DNA of 64,000 bases from Mobula hypostoma (Eukaryota). The stretch spans positions 5,208,001-5,272,000 of the forward strand of contig NC_086097.1 in assembly GCF_963921235.1 (NCBI RefSeq), in the 5' to 3' direction. Shown piece by piece: positions 1-12,943 of this stretch; position 1 is the first letter of the stretch, and each line of letters begins with the position of its first letter. The position numbers and the translations under genes were made by a program. A model generated the notes under the pieces. The model was not told the DNA's origin. It worked only from the letters and a program-made list of their open reading frames with translations, and searched no databases.

Positions 1-749
1 GATAGACATGTAAAGGTCAATTTAGCAGAGTGGCAACGAGGGCCCATTTCCTCATTCTAAAACTCCATCACTCTGTGACTATGACCAAAAAGAGGTGGAT
101 GCAGCCCGAATTCATCACAAGAAAAGGCCTCCCCATCATTGAGCACAGCACAAGGAGCACTGCCGCAAGAAAGCAGCATCCATCATCAAGGACCCTGACC
201 ATCCTGGCCATCCTCTATACTCAACCACTGCCATTGAGCTGGAGGTACTGGAGCCCGTAACATCGACTGTACTCTTTTCCAGAAATGCTGCCTGGCCTGC
301 TAAGCTCCTTCAGCATTTTGTGTGTGTTGCTTGGATTTCCAGCATCTGCAGATTTTCTCTTGTGTATGTTCAGAATTGTGGTGAATATTAGGCCCATGGG
401 TTGAGGTATTTGATGATGCACTGTTCGCCGAGCTTGGCAATGAGTCTACATAGAATAGTACAGCACATTACAGGCCTTTCGGCCCACAATATTGTGCCGA
501 CCCTCAAACCCTGCCTCCCATATAATCCCCCACCTTAAATTCCTCCATATACCTGTGACATAGCTTGGTGACATTTCCTCACCAGTCAAGGTGACATCCT
601 TATCGCGCTGTTGTTGGTGTTTCTCTCTGGGAGTGCTCGCATTTATATAGCCTTCCGTTCGCTTGCTTTGGTCCTGATTGTTTACCCATTCAGCTGGCCT
701 TTGAATTCTATTGGTTTGCATTTCTTTAGCTGTTAGGTGTTCATAGATG

Positions 750-1260
750 GTAAACACGAGGAAATCTGCAAATGCTGGAAATTCAAGCCACACACATCAA
801 AGTTGCTGGTGAACGCAGCAGGCCAGGCAGCATCTCTAGGAAGCGGTGCAGTTAACGTTTCAGGCCGAGACCCTTCGTCAGGACTAACTGAAGGAAAAGT
901 GAGTAAGAGATTTGAAAGTTGGAGGGGGAGGGGGAGATCCAAAATGATAGGAGAAGACAGGAGGGGGAGGGATGGAGCCAAGAGCTGGACAGGTGATAGG
1001 CAAAAGGGATATGAGAGGATCATGGGACAGGAGGTCCGGGGAGAAAGACAAGGGGGGAGGGAAAGCCCAGAGGATGGGCAAGGGGTATATTCAGAGGGAC
1101 AGAGGGAGAAAAAGGAGAGAGATAAAAATAAATAACGGATGGGGTACGAGGGGGAGCTGGGGCATTAGCGGAAGTCAGAGAAGTCGATGTTCATGCCATC
1201 AGGTTGGAGGCTACCCAGACGGAATATAAGGTGTTGTTCCTCCAACCTGAGTGTGGCTTG
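750..1260 (-). mobile_element. Penelope-like element, 5'-truncated 3' end (subfamily B)
   Basis: Encodes the GIY-YIG C-terminus ATLRLEEQHLIFRLGSLQPDGMNIDFS, followed by a 3' region with a hammerhead-like motif (850-885). Matches copies at 8981, 13707, 16038 and 56520. Confidence 0.85.
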
Positions 1261-1835
1261 TTGTACTTCTATTGACCTTTCATTAATATTCCTCAGAATA
1301 TAAGTGGTGTTTGATGTTCCCTTCCCTTCGACAAAGCCGCACTGTTCTCCACTGATCTCTGGTTTAATTTTGTTTCTTATTCTGAGCATGATGATTCTAA
1401 GTAGAATTTTTGTGATATGTCTCACTAAACTAATTTTTCTGTGTTGTCCACACTCTGTTGCACCTGATTTCTTTGGCAGTGCAATGAATACTGTCTTTAA
1501 AAGATTTTCTGGTACTTTGCCACTGTTGTATATTCTATTCAATAAGATTGTTAATTTCTCTACACCAAAATCTTCTAGCGCTTCATACAGTTCAACTGGA
1601 ATGCTATCTGGTCCTATCTGCCCCTTTTGCACTTTCTTCATAGCATGTTCCACTTCTTCTTTCATTATTGCTGGGCCCTCGTTGTTGTTGCCAATATCAA
1701 ACTTGCCCTCTCGGTCTTTGCTGTTGTATAGGTCTTTGATGTATTCTGACCATCTTTGCAATATTTTTCCCTTTTCGATAATTGTAGAGCCGTCTTTTGC
1801 TTTTACACATCGTGTTGCTGCCCCACTTTTCTTCC
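1261..1835 (-). mobile_element. RTE-clade LINE fragment (RT N-terminal region)
   Basis: ORF 1165..1761: RWSEYIKDLY, GPDSIPVEL, ALPKK..ATEC, KILLRII, EQCGF..GKGT are typical RTE RT motifs. Confidence 0.8.
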
Positions 1836-2709
1836 GATTGGTGATTAGGCTCGGGTTAAATCGGGGGTCGTTGGGCAGTGTGGCTCATTGGTTCAGATGG
1901 GCCTGTTCCACACTGTATCCCTAAATAAATAGATAACTGAGACCTGGTGAGTAAATCTGTGATCCTGTCACTTAGCTGGATGGGAATAGCTCCAGTGAAG
2001 AGCAGATGGAATATACTGGATGTTCTATTAAGTTAGTTTTGTTTGATGTAATGTTTTAAATTATTTTTAAGTAATAGAAGATAAAAAATTAACATATTAT
2101 TATATTTTAAAGATTTTATTTGCATTTGACTTTCAAAAACATTCATATTTCTTAAAATGTTGACAGAAGTTCAAATTCAAGTTCAAGTTTATTGCCATCT
2201 GACTGTACATATATCCAACCATGCGAATCAATGTCCCTCTGGGCCATGGTTCATCACCAAGACCTATATCACACAAGGCACATAAAGCAAAATATTGCCA
2301 CAGATAAGTTAATAAAATATAATTCAAAACTCCTGTAATGCACAGCACAGGTAAACAATACAATAAAAGGTAAACATCTCACTGTCTAAGTGACGAGATC
2401 TCAGTGATTGCAGGGTATTCATGAGTCTCACTGTCTGGCAGTCCGAGACCTGCTGCTCCTGTACCTCCCTTCCGATGGTAGTGGGTCAAAAAGATTGTGG
2501 AAGGGGTCATGGGGATCTTCAACAGTGCTTCAGGACCTGCATCTGCTACACTCCTGAAAAATGTAACAAATGGGGCGAGAGAAAATATTGGCAGTTTTTA
2601 TTATCTTCTGTCTTGGGGTCCTCTGCCTCACAGCTTCCGGTCCACACAATTATGCAGCTAGGCAGAACACTCTTGATGGTGCTCCTATGGAACGTTGTTA
2701 GAATGGAGG

Positions 2710-5700
2710 AACAGTCACAATGTGCTGGAGGAACTCAGCACGTCAGTCAGCATCAGTTGAAAAGATTAGTCGACGCTTCAGGCCGAAACCCTTCGTCAGG
2801 ACTGAAGGAAGAACTTTGGGGAGGGTTTGAAGAATGCTGGTAGTTGAAAAAAACAGCAATTTGAAAGACAGAGGGGTGGGGGAGGGGAAGCAGGGAGGTG
2901 ATTGGCAGGAGAACAATGCGAAGTAGTAGAAGGAGGCGGAACTATGAGGGAGGTGATGTGAAATAGGTATAGAGGAAGGGAGGGGGAGGGAATTACCGGA
3001 AGTTGGAGAATTCTATGTTCATACCAAGGGGCTGGAGACTACCTGGACGGTATATTGGTGAATTGGTTAGCAGACAGGAAGCAAAGAGTGGGAATAAACG
3101 GGACCTTTTCAGAATGGCAGGCGGTGACTAGTGGGGTACCGCAAGGCTCAGTGCTGGGACCCCAGTTGTTTACAATATATATTAATGACTTGGATGAGGG
3201 AATTAAATGCAGCATCTCCAAGTTTGCGGATGACACGAAGCTGGGTGGCAGTGTTAGCAGTGAGGAGGATGCTAAGAGGATGCAGGGTGACTTGGATAGG
3301 TTGGGTGAGTGGGCAAACTCATGGCAGATGCAATTTAATGTGGATAAATGTGAAGTTATCCACTTTGGTGGCAAAAATAGGAAAACAGATTATTATCTGA
3401 ATGGTGGCCGATTAGGAAAAGGGGAGGTGCAACGAGACCTGGGTGTCATTATACACCAGTCATTGAAAGTGGGCATGCAGGTACAGCAGGCGGTGAAAAA
3501 GGCGAACGGTATGCTGGCATTTATAGCGAGAGGATTCGAGTACAGGAGCAGGGAGGTACTACTGCAGTTGTACAAGGCCTTGGTGAGACCACACCTGGAG
3601 TATTGTGTGCAGTTTTGGTCCCCTAATCTGAGGAAAGACATCTTTGCCATAGAGGGAGTACAAAGAAGGTTCACCAGATTGATTCCTGGGATCGCAGGTC
3701 TTTCATATGAAGAAAGACTGGATGAACTGGGCTTGTACTCGTTGGAATTTAGAAGATTGAGGGGGGATCTGATTGAAACGTATAAGATCCTAAAGGGATT
3801 GGACAGGCTAGATGCAGGAAGATTGTTCCCGATGTTGGGGAGGTCTAGAACGAGGGGTCACAGTTTGAGGATAGAGGGGAAGCCTTTTAGGACCGAGGTT
3901 AGGAAAAACTTCTTCACACAGAGAGTGGTGAATCTGTGGAATTCTCTGCCACAGCAAACTGTTGAGGCCAGTTCATTAGCTATGTTTAAAAGGAAGTTAG
4001 ATATGGCCCTTGTGGCTACAGGGGTCAGGGGGTATGGAGGGAAGGCTGGGTTCTGAGTTGGATGATCAGCCATGATCATAATAAATGGCGGTGCAGGCTC
4101 GAAGGGCCGAATGGCCTACTCCTGCACCTATTTTCTATGTTTCTATGTTTCTATGTTTCTATATGAGGTGTTGTTCCTCCAACCTGAGTTTAGCCTCATC
4201 ATGGCAGTAGAGGAGGCCATGTATGGACATATCTGAATGGGAATGGGAAGCAGAATTGAAGTGGGTGGCTACCGGGAGATCCTGTCTGTTGTGGCGGACA
4301 GAGTGGAGGTGCTCGACGAAGCGGTCCCCCAAGCTGCGTCGGGTTTCACCGATGTAGATGAGGCCGCACCGGGAGCACCGGATGCAATAGATGACCCCAA
4401 CAGATTTGCAGGTGAAGTGTTGCCTCACCTGGAAGGACTGTTTGGGGCCCTGAATGGTGGCAAGAGAGGAGGTGTAGGGACAGGTGTAGCACTTACGCTT
4501 ACAGGGATAAGTGCCGGGTGGGAGATCCGTGGGGATGGACATGCGGATAAGTGAGTCGTGGAGGGATCGATCCCTGCGGAAAGCGAAGAGGGGTGGAGAG
4601 GGAAAGATGTGCTTAGTGGTGGGGTCCTGTTGAAGGTGGCGGAAGTTGTGGAGGATAACGTGTTGGATCCGGAGGCTGGTGGGGTGGTAGGTGAGGACAA
4701 GGGGAACTCTGTCCCTGTTGTGGTGGCGGGAGGATGGGGTGAGGGCCAAAGTGCGGGAAATGGAGGAGATGCGGGTGAGGGCATCATTGATCACTGTAGA
4801 AGGGAAACCATGATCCTTAAAGAAAGGGGACATTTGAGATGTCCTGGAACGGAAAGCCTCATCCTGGGAGCAGATGTGGTGGAGATGGAGGAACTGGGAA
4901 TAGGGAATGGCATTTTTGCATGTGGCTGGGTGGGAAGAGGTATAATCGAGGTGGTTATGAGAGTCAGTGGGCTTGTAGAAGATGTCAGTGGACAGTCTGT
5001 CTCCAGAGATGGAGACCGAGACATCGAGAAAGGGGAGAGAAGTGTCAGAGATAGACCAAGTGAATTTGAGGGCTGGGTGGAAGTTTGAAGTAAAGTCGAT
5101 GAAATTGACGAGCTCAGCATGGGTGCAGGAAGCAGCACCAATGTAGTCGTCAATGTATCGAAGGAAAAGTTGGGGAGACGTACCAGAATAGGTTTGGAGC
5201 ACAGACTGTTCCACATAACCAACGAAGAGGCAGGCGTAGCTGGGTCCCATGCAAGTTCCCATAGCTACACCCTTAGTCTGAAGAAAGTGGGAAGAGCCAA
5301 AAGAGAAGTTATTAAGTGTGAGAACCAGTTCCGCCAACCGGAGGAGGGTAGTGGTGGTGGGGAACTGGTGAGGTCTATTGTCCAGGTAGTAGCAGAGGGC
5401 TTTGAGGCCTTCTTGATGGGGAATGGAGGTGTATAAGGATTGGACATCCATAGTAAAAATGAAGCGGTTGGGACCAGGGAACTGGAAGTTATTGAAGAGG
5501 TGGAAGGCATGGGATGTATCCCGGATGTAGGTGGGGAGGGACTGAACTATGGGTGACACAATGGAGTCCAGGTAGGCAGATACAAGTTTGGTGGGACAGG
5601 AGCAGGCAGAAACTATGGGTCTACCGGGACAGTCAGGCTTGTGTATCTTGGGGAGGAGGTAAAACCGAGCGGTACAGGGTGTGGGAATAATGAGTTTAGC

Positions 5701-6740
5701 GGCTGAGGATGGAAGGTCTCCGGAGTTGATAAGGGCAGTGACGGTACAGGAGACAATGGTTTGATGTTTTTTGGTGGGGTTCTGTTCCAGGGGTAAGCAA
5801 GAGGAAGTGTCAGAGAGCTGCCGTTTGGCCTCAGTGTCGTAGAGGTCCGTCTGCCAGACTACTATAGCACCACCTTTGTCAGCGGGTTTGATGGTGAGGT
5901 TGGGATTAGTGCGGAGAGAGGGAGGGCAGTGTGTTCAGAGGGAGTGAGGTTGGAACAGGAGAGAGGAGTGGTGAAGTTGAGACAGTTGATGTCTCGGTGA
6001 CAGTTGGAGATGAAGAGATCGAGTGCAGTAAGAAGGCCCGTGCGGGGTGTCCAGGAGGAGGAGGAGGGTTGAAGACAGGAGAAGGGGTCATCAGTAGGGG
6101 GAGGGGAATCCTTGCCAAAGAAGTAGGCTCGGAGACATAGGCGACGGAAGAAGAGTTCAGCGTCACGGCGGGCTCAGAACTCACTGAGGTGTGGTCGGAG
6201 GGGAAACAAAAGTGAGGCCCTTGCTAAAGACAGAACGTTATGCCTCAGAGAGGGAAAGGTCAGAGGGGATGGTGAAGACATGGCAATGTTTGGGGCTGGG
6301 GTTGGAGAAGGGTGAAGAGTGGGAGGTCTCAGGAGGGAGAGGAGGGTTGGGATGTTCAGGGAGAGCGGGATTAGGGGAGGATGAGGAATCAGAGGAATGG
6401 ATGGACGATGAGGGGTAGAGGGATGTTTGGGAGTCGATGGGAGGAAAGAGGGTAGTGGGGGAATAGGATAGGCGGTGGGACCCAGCAGCAGTAAGAGCGG
6501 TTCCAGTTTGGAGAGTTTCAGGACCTCCGTAGGAGCTGGATCCTAAACTTGGCGTGGCGGAGACTGTATCCTGCAGTGCCCCAGAACTGAGGTCGGAGTC
6601 GGAAACGAATGAGTTCATGGCTCGTCGGGGGCTGGTTCCCCTTTTCGGGAGGCGGTGGTTCCAGTCAGGGTCAGAACCAGAGGCGGAGGGTCTCCGGCCT
6701 GCTGAAGGACTGAGAAGTCGAGGTCCGAGGGGTTTCGGTC
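2710..6740 (-). mobile_element. Penelope-like element (Neptune-like, Cys-rich linker), long arm, interrupted by CR1 at 3056-4160
   Basis: N-terminal SKGLTFVP, then KPADKGGAIVVW. RT motifs TMDVQSLYTSI, GVAMGT and LRYIDD; CYTCP linker; GIY-YIG motif VIY...YIGET (ORF 4159..5559). The C-terminus resumes at 3055-2993. Confidence 0.92.
3056..4160 (+). mobile_element. Young 5'-truncated CR1 LINE
   Basis: Uninterrupted 333-aa ORF with GVPQGSVLGP, KFADDTK and LVRPHLEYC; (CTATGTTT)n tail; flanked by (T)ATAT target duplication at 3051-3055 and 4160-4164. Confidence 0.95.
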
Positions 6741-8192
6741 CGGCTACGCCTGCCTCTTCGTTGGTTACGTGGAACAGTCTGTGCTCCAAACCTATTCTGG
6801 TACTGCTCCCCAACTTTTCCTTCGATACATTGACGACTACATTGGTGCTGCTTCCTGCACCAATGTAGTCGTCAATTTCATTGACTTTACTTCAAACTTC
6901 CACCCAGCCCTCAAATTCACTTGGTCTATCTCGGACACTTCTCTCCCCTTTCTCGGTGTCTCGGTCTCCATCTCTGGAGACAGACTGTCCACTGACATAT
7001 TCTACAAGCCCACTGACTCTCATAACTACCTCGACTATACCTCTTCCCACCCCGCCACATGCAAAAATGCCATTCCCTATTCCCAGTTCCTCCATCTCCA
7101 CCTTATCTGCTCCCAGGATGAGGCTTTCCATTCCAGGACATCTCAAATGAACCCTTTCTTTAAGGATCATGGTTTCCTTTCTACGGTGATCAATGATGCC
7201 CTCACCCGCATTTCCTCCATTTTCCGCACTTCGGCCCTCACCCCATCTTCCCGCCATCACAACAGGGACAGAGTTCCCCTTGTCCTCACCTACCACCCCA
7301 CCAGCCTCCGGATCCAGCACATTATCCTCCGCAACTTCCGCCACCTTCATCAGGACCCCACCACTAAGCACATCTTTCCCTCTCCACCCCTCTCCGCTTT
7401 CCACAGGGATCGATCCCTCCGCGACTCACTTATCTGCACGTCCATCCCCACGGATCTCCCACCCGGCACTTATCCCTGTAAGCGTAAGTGCTACACCTGT
7501 CCCTACACCTCCTCTCTTGCCACCATTCAGGGCCCCAAACAGTCCTTCCAGATGAGGCAACACTTCACTTGTAAATCTGTTGGGGTCATCTATTGCATCC
7601 GGTGCTCCTGGTGCGGCCTCCTCTACATCGGTGAAACCCGACGCAGCTTGGGGGACCGCTTTGTCGAGCACCTCCACTCCGTCCGCCACAACAGACAGGA
7701 TCTCCCGGTAGCCAGCCACTTCAACTCTGCTTCCCACTCCCATTCAGATATGCCCAAACATGGCCTCCTCTACTGCCATGATGAGGCTAAACTTAGGTTG
7801 GAGAAGCAACACCTCATATACCGTCTAGGTAGTCTCCAGCCCCTTGGTATGAACATAGAATTCTCCGACTTCCAGTAATTCCCTCCCCCTCCCTTCCTCT
7901 GTCCCTATTTCACATCATCTCCCTCATAGTCCCGCCTCCTTTTACTACTTCGCATTGTTCTCCTGCCAATTACCTCCCTGCTTCCCCTCCCTGACCCCTT
8001 TGTCTTTCAAATTACTGTTTTTTCCAACTACCAGCATTCTTCAAACCCTCCCCAAAGTTCTTCCTTCAGTCCTGACGAAGGGTTTCAGCCCAAAACGTTG
8101 ACTAATCTTTTCAACTGATGCTGACTGACCTGCCGAGTTCCTCCAGTGCATTGTGAGTGTTCCTTTAACAACAGCATCTGCAGATTATTTAG
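6741..8192 (+). mobile_element. Penelope-like element, inverted short arm (RT C-half, GIY-YIG, 3' end)
   Basis: ORF 6769..7878 closely matches ORF 4159..5559 in the opposite orientation. The two-arm unit is flanked by a 14-bp TSD TGTTAGAATGGAGG (2696-2709, 8193-8206). Confidence 0.92.
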
Positions 8193-8980
8193 TGTTAGAA
8201 TGGAGGCTGGGAGTCTTGCTTTTCTAAATGGTGTGTTTGTAGGAGAAGCTACCATGTTGGATTCCTTGAAATTTAATTAGAAAACTCCTTTCTGGGAATG
8301 GATTTTAAATAAATGTACACCTCACCCATTTCTAGTCCAATAGAAATGTACACTTCAAACATCTCTAGTCCAATGGAAATGCATACCTCAACCATTGCTT
8401 CTGTTTAATATCTCATCTGAAAGACAGGGAATAGGTACCGTGCCTCGATTACCTTACCTACATGAAGGTTGTGACTTGATCTGTGCTAATTAAATCCTAG
8501 TTTCAGAGTTATAGAATGCTACAGAACAGAAACCGTCCCTTTGGCGCATCTAGTCCATGCCGAATTATTAATCTGCTTTCTCGCATCTATCTGTACCTGG
8601 GCTATAGGTCTCCATACCCCTCTCATGCAGGTACCTATCCAAAATTCTCTTAAATGTTGAAATTGAACCCACATCCACCAGTCATTCTGACAGCTTGCTC
8701 CACACTCTCACCACCCTCTGAGTGAAGAAGTTACTATTACATTACATTTCAGATCCTGTGCTTTGCTCCACATGTCACATTGTTTAATCACACCATTCTT
8801 CTTTCTCCCTGTGTCATTTAACATTATCTGTTTGAATTTACAAGCTGTGAAATAACTCAAAGATAGGCTGCATTTCATGTGGCTATATGTGAGGCAAATT
8901 ATTTATCTGTACAGATTTTACTCTTCTCTTCTAGATCTCTAATACACTATTTAGACCATAAGACGCAGAAGCAGAATTAC

Positions 8981-10473
8981 AAACGCAGACATGAGGAATT
9001 CTGCAGATGCTGGAAATTCAAGCAACACACACAAAAAATGCTGGTGAACACAGCAGGCCAGGCAGAATCTACAGGAAGAGGTACAGTCGACGTTTTGGGC
9101 CAGGACCCTTTGTCAGGACTAACTGAAAGGAGAGCTAGTAAGAGATTTGAAAGTGGGAGGGGGAGGGGGAGATCCAAAATGATAGGAGAAGACAGGAGGG
9201 GGAGGGATGGAGCCAAGAGCTGGAGAAGGGAGAGGATCATGGAACAGGAAGCCTGGGGAGAAAGAGAAGGGGGGAGAGGAGCCTGGAGGGTGGAGAGCAA
9301 CCAAGGAGTTATAGTGAGAGGGACAGAGGGAGAAAAAAGAGAGAGAGGAAAAAAAGCGGGGGAAATAAAAAATATATAAAAAATATATTAAATAAATAAG
9401 GGATGGAGTGTGAAGGGGAGGAGGGGCATTAACAGAAGTTAGAGCAGTCAATATTCATGCCATCAGGTTGGAGGCTACCCAGACGGAATATAAGGTGTTG
9501 TTCCTCCAACCTGAGTGTGCTTCATCTTGACAGTAGAGGAGGCCGTGGATATAATGGGAATGGGACGTGGAATTAAAGTGTGTGGCCACTGGGAGAGCTT
9601 GCTTTCTCTGGCGGACGGAGTGTAGGTGTTCAGCGAAACGGTCTCCCAGCCTGCGTCGGGTCTTGTCAATATATAGAAGGCCACACTGGGAGCACCGGAC
9701 GCAGTATATCACCCCAGCCGACTCACTGGTGAAGTGTTGCCTCACCTGGAAGGACTGTTTGGGGCCCTGAATGGTGGTGAGGAAGGAAGTGTAAGGGCAT
9801 GTGTAGCACTTGTTCCGCTTACAAGGATAAGTGCCGGGAGGGAGATCAGTGGGGAGGGATGGGGGAAACGAATGGACAAGGGAATCGCGTAGGGAGCGAT
9901 CCCTGCGGAAAGTTGGGGGGGGAGGGAAAGATGTGCTTAGTGGTGGGATCCCGTTGAAGGTGGCGGAAGTTACAGAGAATTATATGTTGGACCCGGAGGC
10001 TGGTGGGGTGGTAGGTAAGGACCAGAATAACCCTGTTCCTAGTGGAGTGGCGGGAGGATGGAGTGAGAGCAGATGTGCATGAAATGGGGTAGATGCGTTT
10101 GAGAGCAGAGTTGATGGTGGAGGAAGGGAAGCCTCTTTCTTTAAAAAAGGAAGATATCTCCTTCATCCTGGAATGAAAAGCCTCATCCTGAGAGCAGATG
10201 TGGCGGAGACAGAGGAATTGCGAGAAGGGGATGGTATTTTTGCAAGAGACAGAGTGAGAAGAGGAATAGTCCCGGTAGCTGTGAGAGTCCGTAGGCTTAT
10301 AGTAGACATCAGTAGATAAGCTGTCTCCAGAGACAGAGACAGAAAGATCAAGAAAGGGGAGGGAGGTGTCGAAAATGGACCAGGTAAGCTTCAGGGCAGG
10401 GTGAAAGTTGGAAGCAAATTTAATGAAGTCAACAAGCTCAGCATGCGTGCTGGAAGCAGCGCCAATGCAGTCA
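8981..10473 (-). mobile_element. Penelope-like element (subfamily B), 5'-truncated, inserted in a CR1 3' tail
   Basis: Degraded RT/GIY-YIG reading frames; TSD AATTAC at 8975-8980 and 10474-10479. The host CR1 tail continues at 10474-10860. Confidence 0.88.
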
Positions 10474-11126
10474 AATTACGCCATTCAGCTCATCGAGTCT
10501 GCCCCACCATTCCACAAGGCTGATTTGTTATCCCTCACAACCCATTCTCTTGCCTTCTCTTGCCTATAACCTTTGACACTTTGACTAATCAAGAACCTAT
10601 CAACCTTCGCTTTAAATATACCCAATCACTTGGCCCCCACAGCAGTCCGTAGCAAAAAAATCCACAGATTTACCACCCTCTGGCTAAAGAAATCCCCCTC
10701 ATCTCTGTTTTAAATAGGCGTCCATCTATTCTGTGTTTGTGCCCACTGGTCCTCGACTCCTCCACTACTGGAAACATCCTTCCCACACCACTCTACCCAG
10801 ACCTTTCAATATTCAATAAGTTTCAATGAGATTCCCCCTCATTCTTCTAAACTTCAGTGAGCAAAGAGGAGTGGGCTCAGGGTAAAACATAATACCACAT
10901 GCATGGTACACTCTGCTTTTGAAAGTGTGTCTCGTACAAATCACTTGATCTGACTTTTATAAGCTGATTACTATGTGCTTATTCTACAACATTGTGTATT
11001 AAGCGTTTGCAATTGCATAGAACATTTTGCTCCATTTTTTAACTCAATACAAGTCACTCAAAGTATTAATTATAAAGATGTTTTTTTACATTTCATAGCT
11101 TGCTGTTCTATTATTGATTCTATATG

Positions 11127-11280
11127 CAAACAACAGGAATTCTGCAGATGCTGGAAATTCAAGCAACACACATCAAAGTTGCTGGTGAACGCAGCAGGCC
11201 GGGCAGCATCTCTAGGAAGAGGTACAGTTGACGTTTCAGGCCGAGACCCTTCGTCAGGACTAACTGAAGGAAGAGTCATC
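11127..11280 (-). mobile_element. Minimal Penelope terminal insertion carrying the hammerhead motif
   Basis: 154 bp matching the extreme end of subfamily B; 14-bp TSD ATTGATTCTATATG at 11113-11126 and 11281-11294. Confidence 0.85.
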
Positions 11281-11967
11281 ATTGATTCTATATGTTGTTT
11301 TTACACTGGGTTAAACAAAACCACTTTAAAATTAAAGTTTGACTATAAATCTCCAGGTGTCACTAGGAGTGATTCATACGAACTATAATCAATATGACTG
11401 TTTTGTTCTAAACATGTACTGAGTCTTTATGCTGTAAAAGATAATTCACAAGAAATAATGTATCTCTCCCCTGCGGCATTTTCGTCTCAATACATCAAAA
11501 GGACATCTTCACACCGCAGTCTTTTTGAGTAACCACTCGATAAAATTGCTAAATTTCTTACCTTTAGACACTAGTGAGTATTTTGGACTTATCAAACCAA
11601 TACTCTGGGCTATATTATACATTTCGATGGTTGACAACATGAAGTATCATTTTACTGGCCGCTGCTGGCATTTCCACAGACTGTAATATATCTATTGCCA
11701 GCAAATATTAAGCCCATCAAACTCTGGCTGGATTTGGGTGATTTACTTCGTTATTTGCCTGTTTTTCTATTGATCGAGACTGTGTAGGTCTAGATGCCAT
11801 TTTAACTCTTTGTACCACCTTTCCACCTTATGTTTGAACACCAATCACACAATTTTCATGTAAAATCATAACCCCTTTGCAATTACATCATGCCACACGG
11901 TTTTTTTATTCCCTGCTTCAGTTATAGAAATATGAAGCCACTTTATGTTGTGTTTTGTTCAGATATA

Positions 11968-12943
11968 CAGTCGATTCTGGCTAATTGGGACACACCAGGA
12001 GCAGTGCACTTTGCCCCAATTCACTGAAGTTTCATAGAAATAGTTTAAAAAAATGGACAAGCTATCATTTCCCTGAGAAGTAAATGATGTATTTAAATGA
12101 AATACAGAGCAAATTAGAACACTACCAATACCTCTACAGTACTATAAAACTACGTATTATTTTGTAATAGTTATCAATGGAGGAATTTATTCAGTGTGTA
12201 GGAGCCATGTATCTGTCCTCTATCTGTTGTGTGTGCTGTGGTGCGCCTGTATTTTGCTAACTAATTCATGAGTGGGGGCATGGTAAATGGAAGCAAATAA
12301 GTTATGTATTCTTGCATATTGTGTGGCAGTTTGTAGCTTGGGACCAACGGAGGCCATATCTTTGCTGACCGCTGGGATAACGCTCAATAATGCATAATTG
12401 TATATTTGCTAATTGCTAATATAAAGTGTTTGACGTTTGGAGCAATTATTGGAGTTGTGGGCGCACCTCACAAGTGTAACAGTCCGTATGGTTGCAGGTT
12501 AGCAACAATTGTTTTTGGTTTTGTTTATGGATTAGTTTTGGAATACTATGATGCTATGTTCATTTGATATGTTCATATAAATGGATAAAATCAGTGCAGA
12601 CACCTATTGTAGATAATGGACTGCCTTCACTGTCTTTCTGTATGAAGGAGTGTCAAAAATCACTGCTTTTTAATTTGGCGTCTGTCAGTCCAATGGATAA
12701 CATAACACAAGAACACACAACTGATGCTATTTAAGAACTGTTTGCTGTAGGCATGGAGTAGCATCTAACACCCACACCAGTCCATGAACTCATGCTAGTT
12801 AGAAATGATCGGCAACAGGCTCCTGTCTCAATTAAGCAGCATAATGTTCCAAGTTAACAAAGGAAGTCCCACCAATTTTCTCCATATTTATACTTTAAGA
12901 ATTGTCCCAAACAAGCGCTGCCCCAATTAACCAGAATCCACTG
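11968..12943. mobile_element. pogo/Tigger-like non-autonomous DNA transposon
   Basis: Approximately 25-bp TIRs (CAGTCGATTCTGGCTAATTGGGACA versus rc CAGTGGATTCTGGTTAATTGGGGCA), TA on both flanks, no transposase ORF. Confidence 0.75.

Noticed and set aside
1165..1761. ORF fusing an RTE RT segment to a Penelope endonuclease tail
   Set aside because: Chance in-frame junction of two truncated elements; neither catalytic domain is complete.
4237..7743. Numerous overlapping and antisense ORFs
   Set aside because: Shadow frames of the C-rich Penelope coding strand; no independent protein motifs.
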